The notes below the pieces were generated by a model, which saw nothing but the letters and a program-made list of their open reading frames with translations, made no database searches and was not told the origin of the DNA. The position numbers and the translations under genes are program-made. This document shows positions 28,469 through 41,759 of a DNA stretch of 64,000 bases, one piece after another (position 1 is the stretch's first letter; the number at the start of each line of letters is the position of its first letter). The stretch covers positions 43,214,001 through 43,278,000 of the forward strand of contig OX597827.1 of assembly GCA_951406725.2 (NCBI GenBank). The letters are read 5' to 3'. The DNA comes from Octopus vulgaris. Taxonomy: Eukaryota.

Positions 28469-28826
28469 TCATCATCATCGTTTAATGTCCACTTTCCATG
28501 CAAGTATGGGTTGGACGATTTGACTGAGGTCTGACAAACCAGATGGCTGCACCAGACTCCTGTCTGATCTGGCAGAGTTTCTACAGCTGGATGCCCTTCC
28601 TAACGCCAACCACTCCGAGATTGTAGTGGTGGCTTTTACATGCCACCAGCACGAGGGCCAGTCAAGCAGTACTGGCAATGGCCACACTCAAATGGTGCTT
28701 TTTATGTACCACCTGCACAGGAGCCAGTCCAGCAGTGCTGGCAACGACCTCGCTCGAATATTTTTTCATGTGCCACCAGCACAAGTGCCAGTAAGGCGAT
28801 GTAGGTAACGATCATGCTTGAATGGT
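28469..28826 (-). mobile_element. Family C retroposon copy
   Basis: Collinear with 7321-7670. Confidence 0.75.
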
Positions 28827-29131
28827 ATACATATATATATGTATATATATATATACATATACATATATATGTATGTGTTTACAATGGGCTTCCATACAGT
28901 TTCCATGTCCCAAATTCATTCACAAGCCTTTGGTCAGCTTGGGGTTAAAGTAAAAGACACTTCTTGCCCAGGGTGCCACATAGTCGGATTGAAACCCCCA
29001 AATACATGGTTGTAAAGCAAGCTCCTTCTTAACCATACAACCTTACAACAAAATTTTTTAGATATCCTTAACATTCTTTGTTGCTGTTGTTATTGTTGTT
29101 GTTAATTATATTTTATGTTTTTGTTTTTCAG

Positions 29132-29274
29132 ATGATGTGGACATCTTAGGATATAACAGTACGCAAAGTGATGACAGCGAGGACCGAAGTAGCATCGACA
29201 GTGACGGCTTTGTGTCCGGCACGGGACAGCTGTCGCTGGACACCAACTCCAACCGCCCCATCCCATTGCTATGA
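29132..29274 (+). CDS. MXI1: Mad/Mxi1 last coding exon: acidic C-terminus to TGA
   Basis: A long T-rich tract ends in tttttcAG at 29131. The phase 1 start completes Asp, then DVDILGYNSTQSDDSEDRSSIDSDGFVSGTGQLSLDTNSNRPIPLL*, resembling the MXD tail (EEI[D/E]VDVE...SS...SDEGY). Confidence 0.88.
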
Positions 29275-30418
29275 CTCTCTGCGAGGAAGATACATCGCGT
29301 TGTCAACGGTAACCGCAGAGCCAGCTGTGGTGGCGATGACGACGATAACGACGACGACGACTACAATGACGACGACGACGGCAAAAGTGGCGACGACAGT
29401 GATGGAGATGATGTTGAAGAGGAAGAGGTGGAGGAGGAGGAGGAGCGGGTGTGGGTGTGGGTGCAAATGCAGGAAAGGAACGGGGAGCGGGGGATGGGAA
29501 AGAAAAGACTCGTGGCCAAGGCGGAAGCTCGTGGCACATTTGTCATTGTAAACGGCAACAACTTCATTGGCGGACATGCAGACAAACGCAAGTGTCACCA
29601 TCGCCTTTGTCGTTGTCCGATAGACTTTTCTTCACCGGATGACCATAACCATAACAACAAGAACAACAGCAGAAGCAGCAACAACACCAACACCAACAAT
29701 AACAACAGCAGTCGCAGCGTTAATAAATGTTGCTCTTACTACGACAGCAACACTCACCCTAGCAACAGCAACATCGACAACAATCACAACAATAACAACA
29801 TCAAATATTGCTTTTACCATAGCAACACTCACCCTAGCAACAACAGCATCAACACCAAAAACAATCACATCCATAATAACACCGATCACAACCAACGTGG
29901 CTGTAGTTCCGACTGCGACCACCACTACTGCTACACCAGCAACCACGGCAACAGCAGCACAATCACCGTCGTCATCTTCATCACCATCACCTACAGCAAT
30001 TACGACAACAACAACAACAAGAACATCAACAACAATAATAACGATGATGATGATGATGATGATGACGACGACGATGATGATGATGATAATAATAATGATA
30101 ATAATAATGAAAATGTGAGTGTTGTGTGCGAGCGCACGGCTGGAAAGAGCAAAGCTGCGGACTGCGGGACGGCGGCGGTGTCGGCGAGGGGGTTTGCGAA
30201 GGATGTGGCAGTGGAGAATGAGGAAAGGATGCTTAGCAAGAAGCAGAGCAGATGCAGTGACAATGGCAATGACATCAACTGCACCAACATCAACAACAAC
30301 AACAACAACAAGTGTGTAACAAACTTTACAAACATGCTCTATACGAACAACACGATGAAGGATATGATGATGATGATGATGAAGAAGAGGAGGAGGAGGA
30401 GAAAATGGAAGTCACTGA

Positions 30419-30479
<61 letters not shown>

Positions 30480-33116
30480 GTTGCATAATTGGAACTCTAT
30501 TTTAAAAGTGTTTTTTGCTGCCAAACATATATACAGAGTAGGTTGTTCACCTACCATGATACCACTACAACCACCACCACCACCACCACCACCACTATTA
30601 CTACTACTTTACCCTGACCTTCACCCACACCCACAGACCCTGCTACAAACACGCCTCCACACACACAAGCCCTATGCGCCACCAACTTGATTGTTCTTAC
30701 CTGCATACACACATACTTTATGAGAAAAAGAAAAATAACAAAAATATACCAAAACAACACCAAACAGTAGACAAAAATACAACCAATAAAATGTCCACCC
30801 TTCCTGAGTCACACCATCCCTGCCCTCCACGCCCCACCCCCGTCACCCTTAATCCAAGCAAAACCACTGCCCTCTACAGCACTTCCTCACCTACCATCCA
30901 ACATATCCCCTTTAACCACTTCCTGTCATATTATAACTACTAGAACTTTTGTGTGCCAAGAAGACAACCCTTAACCCCTATCCACTTTATTTTCATGGCC
31001 CCGTTTGATCCCCCTCTAAAAAACAATGGCTTAACCCCCCCCACAAATTACACTGTTCTGTCTTAAAAACAACAACTGTGCATCAATGTAGTTCTTGATT
31101 ATGTACTATAAGAAAGAAGGAAAAAAGAACACACACACAAAAAAAAGAAAAATATTTAACCGGCAGGATGGTCACAGTTAGAAAGCCTCTGGTCACTGAT
31201 CTTTTGGATCAAGGCCAATTTGGGTGGGATTAACAACCACAGTAACTTATACTTTAACTCTTCCTCCCTCCCCCCGTCCACATCCCTTTCTCTCTCTCAT
31301 TCTTCTACTACTACTACTACTACTGCTACTACTATCACACTTCTTTTCCCTGTGCCATGGAGCGCTGTGTCTTACCGCCTCCTTTCAGCCTATGGAACTT
31401 GGGTCCCAGAGGCTAGCCTTGCCCACATGTGCACCTCTAGCAAACACCGGTTGCCATTGGGTGAAGAGCCTGCCTCTACAAGGCTGTCAGGCCACAAGCC
31501 TGCTAGAAATTGCAGCCACATCTTCCACAAATCATTAATTCCACTGTCTTAAATGGAAGAAAAAGAAGAAAAAAAAATAAAGGGTACATTGCATTATTAT
31601 TATTATTATTATTATTTTTATTTTATTGTTTTTTTTTTCCTATTCTTATAATTGTTAAGGCAGCAAGCTGGCAGAATCTGTCACACACTGGACAAAACGC
31701 TTAGTGAAATTTCATCAGTCTTTATGCTTTAAGTTCAGATTCTATCAAGATTTAGTTCACCTTTCATCATTTTAGGGGTCATTAAAATAATACCCATGAA
31801 ACATAGCCCTTCCCACAAAATTCCTAGGCATTGTGCCTAAAATACAAAGGATCATCATTATTATTGTTATTGTTATTATTATTATTATCATTATTATTAT
31901 TACTACTATTGCTGTTATTATTATATAGTCCTAGATGTACATTTCATCTGAATAAAAGACAGGATGGTCACAGTTGGAAGGTGTTTGTTCATAGGTCTGA
32001 TAAATAGGGCTGACCTGGGGTTAAACAACAACAGTAGTGCCAACAGTGTGGTCTGACCAGCACTTTTCTATCTTCACCCCCTAATACCAAGTCCCCCCCC
32101 CGAGACCCCTGACTACACCCCCCCACCCACACACAAACTCCTATACACATGATCTCTACCTCCAACCACAGTTTGTGACTCCCTCCCCCTCTGCAGCTTA
32201 GCTATGCCTTCTACCCAATGCATCCTCTCTTGACAGCTTCTCTCCATATTCTTTACTACACACGCATACACACACACACATACACACATACACACGTGCG
32301 CGCACTCTCTTCCCACCCATCCCGTATCTTTCCTTCTGCCACGTCGCCACAACCGCCACAACCAATAAATAACACCCCCACCCCCTGCCTCACCTTCAAG
32401 AAAACTAAACCCCCTACCACCATCCTGCCCCTTCCCCCAAAGTTAAACCAGTAACAAATCTACTTTCTGACTAAAAACCTCTTTTCACAATTTTTATTTA
32501 AAAAAGATGAATGGAAAAAAAAATATATATATATATAAATAATTAATAAATAAATATGAAAAATATTTCAGATGACAAAAATACAAAAAAAATTATTATA
32601 AAACATACATACATACATCATATATATATATGTGTATATTTACATATATATATATATACATATATATATGTATATACATATGTATAAACATGTACATGTA
32701 TATGTGTGTATATATATATATGTGTGTACATATGTATATGTATGCATATATGTGTGTGTGTATATGAATATATATATATATGCATACACTCAAACATACA
32801 CGTGTATATATATATATATGCATGTATGTTTGTATGTATTTCTATGTATGTAAATAAATAAAGAAATGTTGAAAAAAAAGTTTAATATTGATTTTAGAGA
32901 TTTAAAAATAAAATAATATAAAAAAACTCCCCAAAAATAAGATAGAATTTTAAAAAAATGGAAAAAAAAAACAAAAACGAAGAAATAGAAACAGCAAATA
33001 AATAATTTAAAAAAACAAAAAACAACTTTTTAATCCAGGTGTAATGTACCCCCAAAATGTGTGAGTGAATATACTATATAAATATATATACATACACACA
33101 TGTTTATATATATGTA

Positions 33117-33188
<72 letters not shown>

Positions 33189-33200
33189 TATATATATATC

Positions 33201-33232
<32 letters not shown>

Positions 33233-34418
33233 ACAGAATTTATGAAATGAGAAGTCTCCCCATACTTTCCCATTAACAATTATGATGATGATGATGGCAA
33301 TGATGATGGCAATGATGATGATGATAATGATAATGATAATAATATGGAGGACAATGATATGGGTAATAATAATATTAATAATGATAATCGTAATGATAAA
33401 TCATGCTGACAAGTGGCAGTGAAATAACGATGATGAGGATATTAACGAAGGAGGTGCGGGCGACGACGACGACAACTAATGATGATGATGATGATAATAA
33501 TGACTGTTGTTGTTATTATTGCTGTTGTTGTTGTTGTTGTTATGGTGTGAGAAAGGTTAAATAGATATAATAACAACAACAACAACAACAACCAAAAGAC
33601 TAATTTTTAAAAAAACAAAATCAATAAATAATGAAACCAGACTATGATGAGATTGCATGGAAGCATGAATTAGCTGTGTGTGTGTGTGTGAACCAAATAT
33701 ATATATGTGTGTGTGTATGTATATACATATATACATACATGCATGTATATATATGTGTGTGTGTGTGTGTGTGTATATCTTCAAGTTATGGACTATTGGA
33801 AACTGTAAACAAAAGCTAAACACAAACAACAAGCATGAACGTCTCCTCTTCCTCACATTAAACTGAGCTATTGCAATGTTTGTATGTGTGAATATATGTA
33901 CATACATACATATATATATATATATATGTATGTATGTATATATTTGTTTTGTTTGTATAAACAAGAATCTCCACAGATTTCCATCATAAACATGTATCAG
34001 TTCCCCCCCACCCGCCCACCCTCCCACTTTATTATTATTATTATTATTATTAATTTTTTTTTCTTCATAAGAACAAACCAAAATGTAAACAAAGCAAATA
34101 CACACCCACTACATATATATACGTATGTGTACACATACATACATACATACATACATACACATGTATACATATATGTGCATATATATATATATATATATGT
34201 ATTTATATGTTTACGTATGTGTGTATATGCAGCTTTTTTTTTTTCCGTTAATATATATATTAAAAAAAAAAAGTAAAACGATAATGTTGATGATGATGAT
34301 GATGATGGTGATGATGGACTCATACTGAGATAAAGACAGTGTTTGTGATAACAATACTGGCGTTAAAACTTTTAAAATAGATGCCGGAAGAATGTTTTTA
34401 TCATTTGTGTGCATGTAA

Positions 34419-34458
<40 letters not shown>

Positions 34459-34966
34459 GTATATATATATATGTACATAATGTCAAAGAATTTTAGTACG
34501 TAAAGACGGAATAAACAGACTTTATTATTATTATTATTATTATCATTGTCATTATTATCATTATTATTATTATTATTATTATTTTATTATTATTATTATT
34601 ATTGTAATAAACCCTGTTCATTCCATCTTGCATTAAAATTTTTTTGTGTATATATATACTCTACGGATACTCGCAGATTTCCGCATGCATATCCAGTAAA
34701 TGGAAAAGTCCTACTGTATGATAGCATCTGGTAGCTGATATCCGAAGAGGAGCTTTGTAAAAAGCAGTATAAGATTATTACCCATTATGTACATTTTATA
34801 TATATATACACACACACATATATATACACACACACTCAGCCACACATATATTTACAATTCAGTTTATTTTCTGGTTTTTTTTTCATATTTTCTCTTAACT
34901 TCTTTTTTTTCTCCAACTTTTTTTTTGTTTGTTTTCACATGCAATATTAAGAGAAGAATTTACAAA

Positions 34967-35061
<95 letters not shown>

Positions 35062-36965
35062 AAAACAGAAAAAAATAACAATCATAATAGCAACAGGTTA
35101 ACGAACTTTAAGAATAAAATTGTGTTAATTAAAGTAGAGGTGGTCAGGGTATGTTGCCGTCAGTGATTAATTCTTCATCATCTCTCATTACAACCCTCCT
35201 CACAATGACGATGACAACAACAACAACAACAACAGCAGCAGCAACAATAACATAACCAGTAATAGCGGCAGCGGTAATTAACATAGGAGTTTGGGTGTTG
35301 GTGTTAGTAGTGGTGAGTAGCAAGTAGTGCTGTTTAATGGGGGTGGATAGCGTGTACACAAATGACGACGATGATGCTGATGATGATGATGATAATTGCA
35401 ATCAGGTGATGTAACAATTAAATGGCTTGGGGTAGGCTGGGGATGTCTTTTCTGGTGGTGGTGAGGTGTGGTGAAATTTGATTACTTTTTTTTTTATTTT
35501 AAACAGCCTTAACCACTATTACTGGTAAAGTGCAGATCCAAATGTCATAATAATAATAATAATAATAATCTTTACTACTATAGAGACAAGGCCTGAAATT
35601 TTGACAGCTGTGCTGGAAATAAGTCAATCACATCAACCCCCTATCTTCTGCTGGTACTGATTTTATTGACCCCCGAAAGGGTGTAATGCAAATTTGACCT
35701 TGGCCGAATTTGAACTCAGAACGTGATGACAGACAAAATGCCTCTAGGTATTTTGTCTAACGTGTTTGAATAATAATAAGAATGATGATGATGATCATCA
35801 TCATCATCATCATCAGCATGGTAATCTAATGACTCAAGGCTTGTGGGATGGGGTGAGCAACGCAGTCTCTTTCAGCTGAATCAGTAAAGCCTCAAACAAA
35901 TTTCTATCTTATGTCAATGTTGTGAGTTCCAATCCCACTGGTGCGGTTAAACTTTGCCTCTTGTCCCTCTGCGGTCAATGTCATTAACTGTACCCCCCAT
36001 CCACCCACCTACACTTACCTGATAAATTTGAGACTTAGAAAGTAAGGATAATGATGACGATGATGATGATATTCATAATTTTCTAGTTAACCATTGTTTT
36101 AGTGAAACATGAACAGTACATCATAACGGCACCACCATCATCATCACCACCATTTCCATCACCACAGAGCAAGCCAGTGACAAAGCCTCTACCATGTCAA
36201 TCAGCCTGCTTGTAATAGCAGCCAAATCTCACTCAAATTATTATACCCAAAAACTATTGGATAATGTAGTGCTGGATGCTCTGTGTCTGTGGGAAAATAT
36301 GACCAAGTGGTCAAAGTTTGAATGATTTTGGGTCATAGGTCAGGTCTGCTGGATCAGGACTGACCCAGGGCTATACAACAACAAGAATCATACGTGTTTG
36401 AGACATAGCATGTTTCTGTCCACTTGTGGGCTTTGTCGGTCAGTGACTGTGGTGTTGGTGGTGGCAGCGGTGGTGGTGTACCCTCCATACATATTTAGTT
36501 TCTTCATGACATCTCCCGATCATTTGTGTGTGTGTGTGTGTGTGTGTGCGTGAAGCTACCTGTTCAAGCCTTTTGTGATGTAAGAGGTCTGTTGTAGGGT
36601 GGATGGTGTGTGTGTGTGCGTAATTGTCAGAACCAGTTGGTCAAGCATCAGACAAAACGCCTTGCATGTATTTAGCTCCAACATTTTTACATCCTGATGA
36701 TCAAACTCTAACAAACTTCCAGCATCATCTCATTTGCCATTTATCCTTTCCCCCTTGGGTAAGGGTTGGAATTATATATATATAGATATACCATCTTATA
36801 TCTTTCTTCTCCCTATCTCTTTTCAACTGGCCAGTATCTCCTCACTTGCAACATGTCTGTTTTTGTCTCTCTATTCATATTCTAATTTCTTATCTCCAGG
36901 CACAAGGCCCCCCCCTCCTTCAATTGAGGGGTCTTTCCTTGGAAGGTACTTGGTGGTCTCTTTGC

Positions 36966-37152
36966 TGCTGGTGCCACATAAAAACCCCTCAGTACACTCT
37001 GTAAAGAGTTTTGCGTTAGGAAGGGCATCCAACCATACAAACCATGTCAAAGCAGACAGTAGGGTTTGGTGCAGTCTTCTGACTTTCCAGCTCTTGTCAA
37101 CCCATCCAACCCATGCGAGCATGGGAAATGGACAATAAATGATGATGATGAT
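36966..37152 (+). mobile_element. Family C retroposon 3' part, diverged
   Basis: gcgttaggaagggcatcca...catccaacccatgcgagcatgg...aatgatgatgatg. Confidence 0.6.
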
Positions 37153-38816
37153 ACATACGAGTGTGTGCGTGTGTGTTTGTGTTTAGGTAATTACATATCA
37201 GTTCAGTGGTGATGGTATCGGTGTTAGTGGTGCAACTAAGTCAAAGAAACTTCAGCTTTATCACTAAAAAAAAAACAACTTCTGTCCCTATCAAACATCT
37301 GCCTTCAAACTAAAGTACTTTGTTGTAGGTGTTCTATTTGAGTTCCCTCCCTTTGTAAAAGCAGTCAACTGTTGTAACCAATGGCAATATTGCTCCCAAA
37401 TTGCGATATGAATAAAATTAAAATAATAAATAACTAGAATATGGCTGATTTTTGTGTAGGTCCCCTGGTCTGGCTAGGTTTACCTTACAGAAATACCAGT
37501 GTCTGTTCAGAGAATAATGTTGACTGTTATTTCTTTGGTGTCAAATACCTGTAATAGCTACGTGTGAAATAACCAGCAGACTTCATGGAGGGTGATTCTT
37601 TTTCTCACTATTGAAATCCTTTCACATTTTTGCTTTTTCTGTCTGATAAACTAGACAGGTGGTTTCACTCATTCATTCATTAGTCAGTGTGGACATTTCA
37701 TAGGAAGGTTCAGTACTTCACTAAACTTCAGCTGACTATAATAGCATTCACTCAGAAGAGAAGAGACAAACCCACTAGGCAGGATGTTAGTCTTTTTCAC
37801 CTTGTTTTACACACATGTATATATATATATATGTGTGTGTATATGTATGTATATATATGTATATCTATATGTATATGTATGTATATATATATATATATGT
37901 ATATGTATGTATATTCCACAGTTATTAGAAATTGCGTCATGTGGAATAAAGTGCCCCGACAATCTATTTCTTGTCTCTCTCTCTCACTCTCTCTCTCTCT
38001 CGGTCCCTCCTCATGATCGAGTGGTCAGTACTTTGGATGACCAACTGGCAGATCACAAGTTCATGTCCTGCCACCAGCAGTATAGAATATCTATTCATTC
38101 CATGAGTTTGTTAAATCGTGACTGAATTTTCTTAAGTTCTTGCATTCACAATAACTAGTCCACCACTGTTAGTTAGGCTGTCAATAGGTACCACACAATA
38201 TATTTCTTTCTTTTTGTTTTGTTGTTGTTTCATTGCTTTCTGAGATGGAGCTGAAAGTTTAGTTCCAAGTCATTCTTGCTGATAAAGAAAAACACAACAA
38301 TAGCAAGATAGATATACAAAGCTGCATCATTGTCAGAAAACAGATCTAGCAAAGAATCATTTAGGCGTCATTTTAGATATTTGGATATTTTATATATTTT
38401 TCTCCTTTTTTTTTTCTTTCTGAAAAGCAGTGCTCCAGCATGGCCACAGTAAAATGACTGAAACAAGTAAAAGAGTATGTAGATATGACATGAATGTAGA
38501 ATTTTGTAAAATACGGTTTAATGATATTGAAACTGTTGGCTCTCTTTTGCTTAGCTCTACAGTAAATCTGGAGTTAAGCTTCACCAGTATTACATAGAAT
38601 CCTTATCGTGAGTTCAGAAGAGCACCATGCCATCACACATCCCTCTTCCTCCTCCTCCTCCTCCTCTTCCTCTTTTCCAAGGTTTTTTTTTCCATTTGGA
38701 ACTGGTAAAGAAACTTAGAGAATCACATAGGAAAGTGGTGCTGTTTCTATAAAGATCTCGCACTCTCACAGAACCAGTACATATCATACATATATATATG
38801 TATGTATGTATGTATG

Positions 38817-38847
<31 letters not shown>

Positions 38848-40405
38848 AATCATTTTAATGTCCACTTTTCTATGGTAGTAATATATTGGATTGAATTTGT
38901 TGAGGCAGATTTTCTATGGCCAAAGGCCCTTCTATGACCAAGGCCCTTCATGTGCCAAACCTCACCTGTTTTCCATATGACCAGATATGTTTTCACAGAA
39001 GACAGGAAATAAAGAACATCACTTGTAAAATGCTGATGCTTACCATGCAATCCTTCTTCTGATCTGGAACTCCTGTCTGAAAAAATCTTGTCACCTCTTT
39101 GGCTATCTTTAAGTCTTTCCCTTATAAATATGCTGCAGAATACTTGTAGCGTTTGCTCTAAATTGCTGCTGTGTAATATATATAGAAACAACCCCGAACT
39201 ACTACAGGCTGGTCCTTCTTGGAACTGGTAGAGAAGCTGAGGTACCCATAAAGCAGCGGGGGGAGCTATAGGACTTGCCCCTCGTTACCACACACCGGCC
39301 CACATGCCCCCTTGCCTTAACGATTGGATTGGCAGCTATATCATATCCAACTGTGTCCCTCCCACCAGTGCTTGCTCCATACCCAGATAAGAAAAAAAAA
39401 TGATTAGGGACTTGTTATTAGCTACTGTAATCACACACAACGCATCCAGTACAGGGCCAGATGTAGATTCAAATATCCCTGCGTGAATATATAGATAGAG
39501 AGAGACATATCTTAATTTAGTTCTTACATCAAAGGGTTGTGTTAATGATTATTGCTATATATAATGAACAGGGAATCTAAATATTGCTTGCATGTGTTGA
39601 AGATAGGAGTCAGTTCTCTTTTATTATTTTTTTTGTTTCTGGTTAAACTTTTTTCTTTTATATTTGCCAATATTCTACCTTAAGATTTTTATTCCCTTTC
39701 TGTGTTTTTAACTTGATTATTATTATTATTATTATTTTAATTTCTTGTAAATTTGATTTTTTTTTTTGGTATAATTCTTATTTTATTTTTTTTTCGTTTA
39801 TAGTTTTAAAACCTAATTCTAAATTTTAATAATATCAGTGATAAAAGTAATAATAATAATGTTTTTTTTAATAATTTTAATTAACAATTTAAAAAAAATA
39901 ATAATAACGATAATATAAAAAAAATTGTTCAGAGTTCTTTAAAAAGAATTTTTTTTTCAAAAAGTAAAATGATATAAATTAAAAAAAAATATATATATAT
40001 ATTGAAAGGTTGTACAAAAAAAAAATATTAAAAAACTGGAATACACCAAATGAAAAAAATCTAAGATGTAAAAAAAATCAAAAAAATAATTGAATATATA
40101 CATATGTATGTATATATATGCAAACACACACATGTATGCAATCATTCATCTGAACATGTCATCAGTGTGTGTGTGTGTGTGCACAGTCGTGTGTGCGAGT
40201 GTGTATAAAAATATATATATATATATGCACACGTGTGTGTTTATATATATAATATATATATATATATACACACACAAACACTCATGTGCATACACCTCTC
40301 CACACACACATGCACTCATAAACGCGCATCTGTGAAACCAGTTAATCCCATCCATGCATGCACGGCAAAATAGATGCGCATATACATGAGTGTTTATATA
40401 TATAC

Positions 40406-40446
<41 letters not shown>

Positions 40447-40768
40447 CATACATATATACATATATATATATGCATATACATATATATATATACACATATG
40501 TATGTATGTGTGTGTGTATGTATATATGTGGATATTTTTTAAACAAAAATTATGAAAATTATGTACATTGGGCTAAAAATAAAATTTGACAAAAAAAAGA
40601 AAAAAAACCACATCAACAATAAATTTCAAATGTTTGTAATATCGTTTTTTTTTTATATATCTATATCTATATATAGCGTAGTTTTTCTACTTTAGAAAGT
40701 GAGTGACAGTGAGAGAGAGAAAGAGAGGAATGTATACAGAGCAAACACCCGCACCAATACATACATAC

Positions 40769-40812
<44 letters not shown>

Positions 40813-41436
40813 CAATAATAATAATTTCTGCACAAATAAAACAAATTATATTCTAAATGGTTCGTTATTCAGGGTGCAGTGTGTTACGGGGGTGAGCAGA
40901 TGCATTGTTATTTTTTTTTCCTTTTTGGTGGGGTGGGTGGGGGGATGTGGGTTGTGGATAGTATTAGGGCCGGCTGAGTGGAATTGACATTGGTGGGTGG
41001 GGGATGGGGGGATCGGGTTTGGAATTATTTTGGTAGTGTTTTCCTTTCCAAACAAAGTAAATATAAAATTTAAAAAAAAAAAAATTTTTTTTAATTGAAA
41101 GAGTGAATATATGTATGTGTGAATGTTTATGCATGTATATGTATCAGGACAATTAACCACCCTCCCCCCTAGGACAATTCCTCCCCACCTGATGACACTT
41201 AACCCTCTCGGTTAATTACTCCCTCTCCAATATTATCTGTTCTCGGGAGTAGTTGTCCATGGCTGGGTAAATGTCCTAGACTCATATGTATATATAAAGG
41301 CATGGAAATAGAAATATATTTTCTAGTTGTATGAAGATGGGGAGAAATATACTCAAATCAGATACATACGTATACACACTTTATGTTTATGTGTGTGCAT
41401 GTTTGTATATATGTGTGTATATATATATATATATAA

Positions 41437-41489
<53 letters not shown>

Positions 41490-41491
<2 letters not shown>

Positions 41492-41720
41492 GGTGACGAG
41501 CTGGCAGAAACGTTAGTACGCCAGGTGAAATGCTTAGCAGTATTTTGTCTGCCGTTGTGTTCTGAGTTCAAATTCCGCCGAGGTCGACTTTGCCTTTCAT
41601 CCTTTCAGAGTTGATAAATAAAGTACCAGTTATGCACTGGGGGTCGATGTAATCGACTTAATCTCTTTATCTGTCCTTGTTTGTCCCCTCTATGTTTAGC
41701 CCCTTGTGGGCAATAAAGAA

Positions 41721-41723
<3 letters not shown>
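41490..41723 (+). mobile_element. SINE family B (Meta-domain-like), long-tail form
   Basis: Head gagctggcagaaacgttag...gagttcaaatt. The central gcctttcatcctttc...gataaataaagtaccag resembles, from memory, the MetaSINE domain. Tail gccccttgtgggcaataaagaaata. Confidence 0.75.

Positions 41724-41759
<36 letters not shown>

Noticed and set aside
29428-30690. The 420-aa ORF as an independent gene
   Set aside because: It starts at GTG, has no recognisable domain and lies directly in the Mad/Mxi1 3' region. It is better treated as UTR or a readthrough extension.
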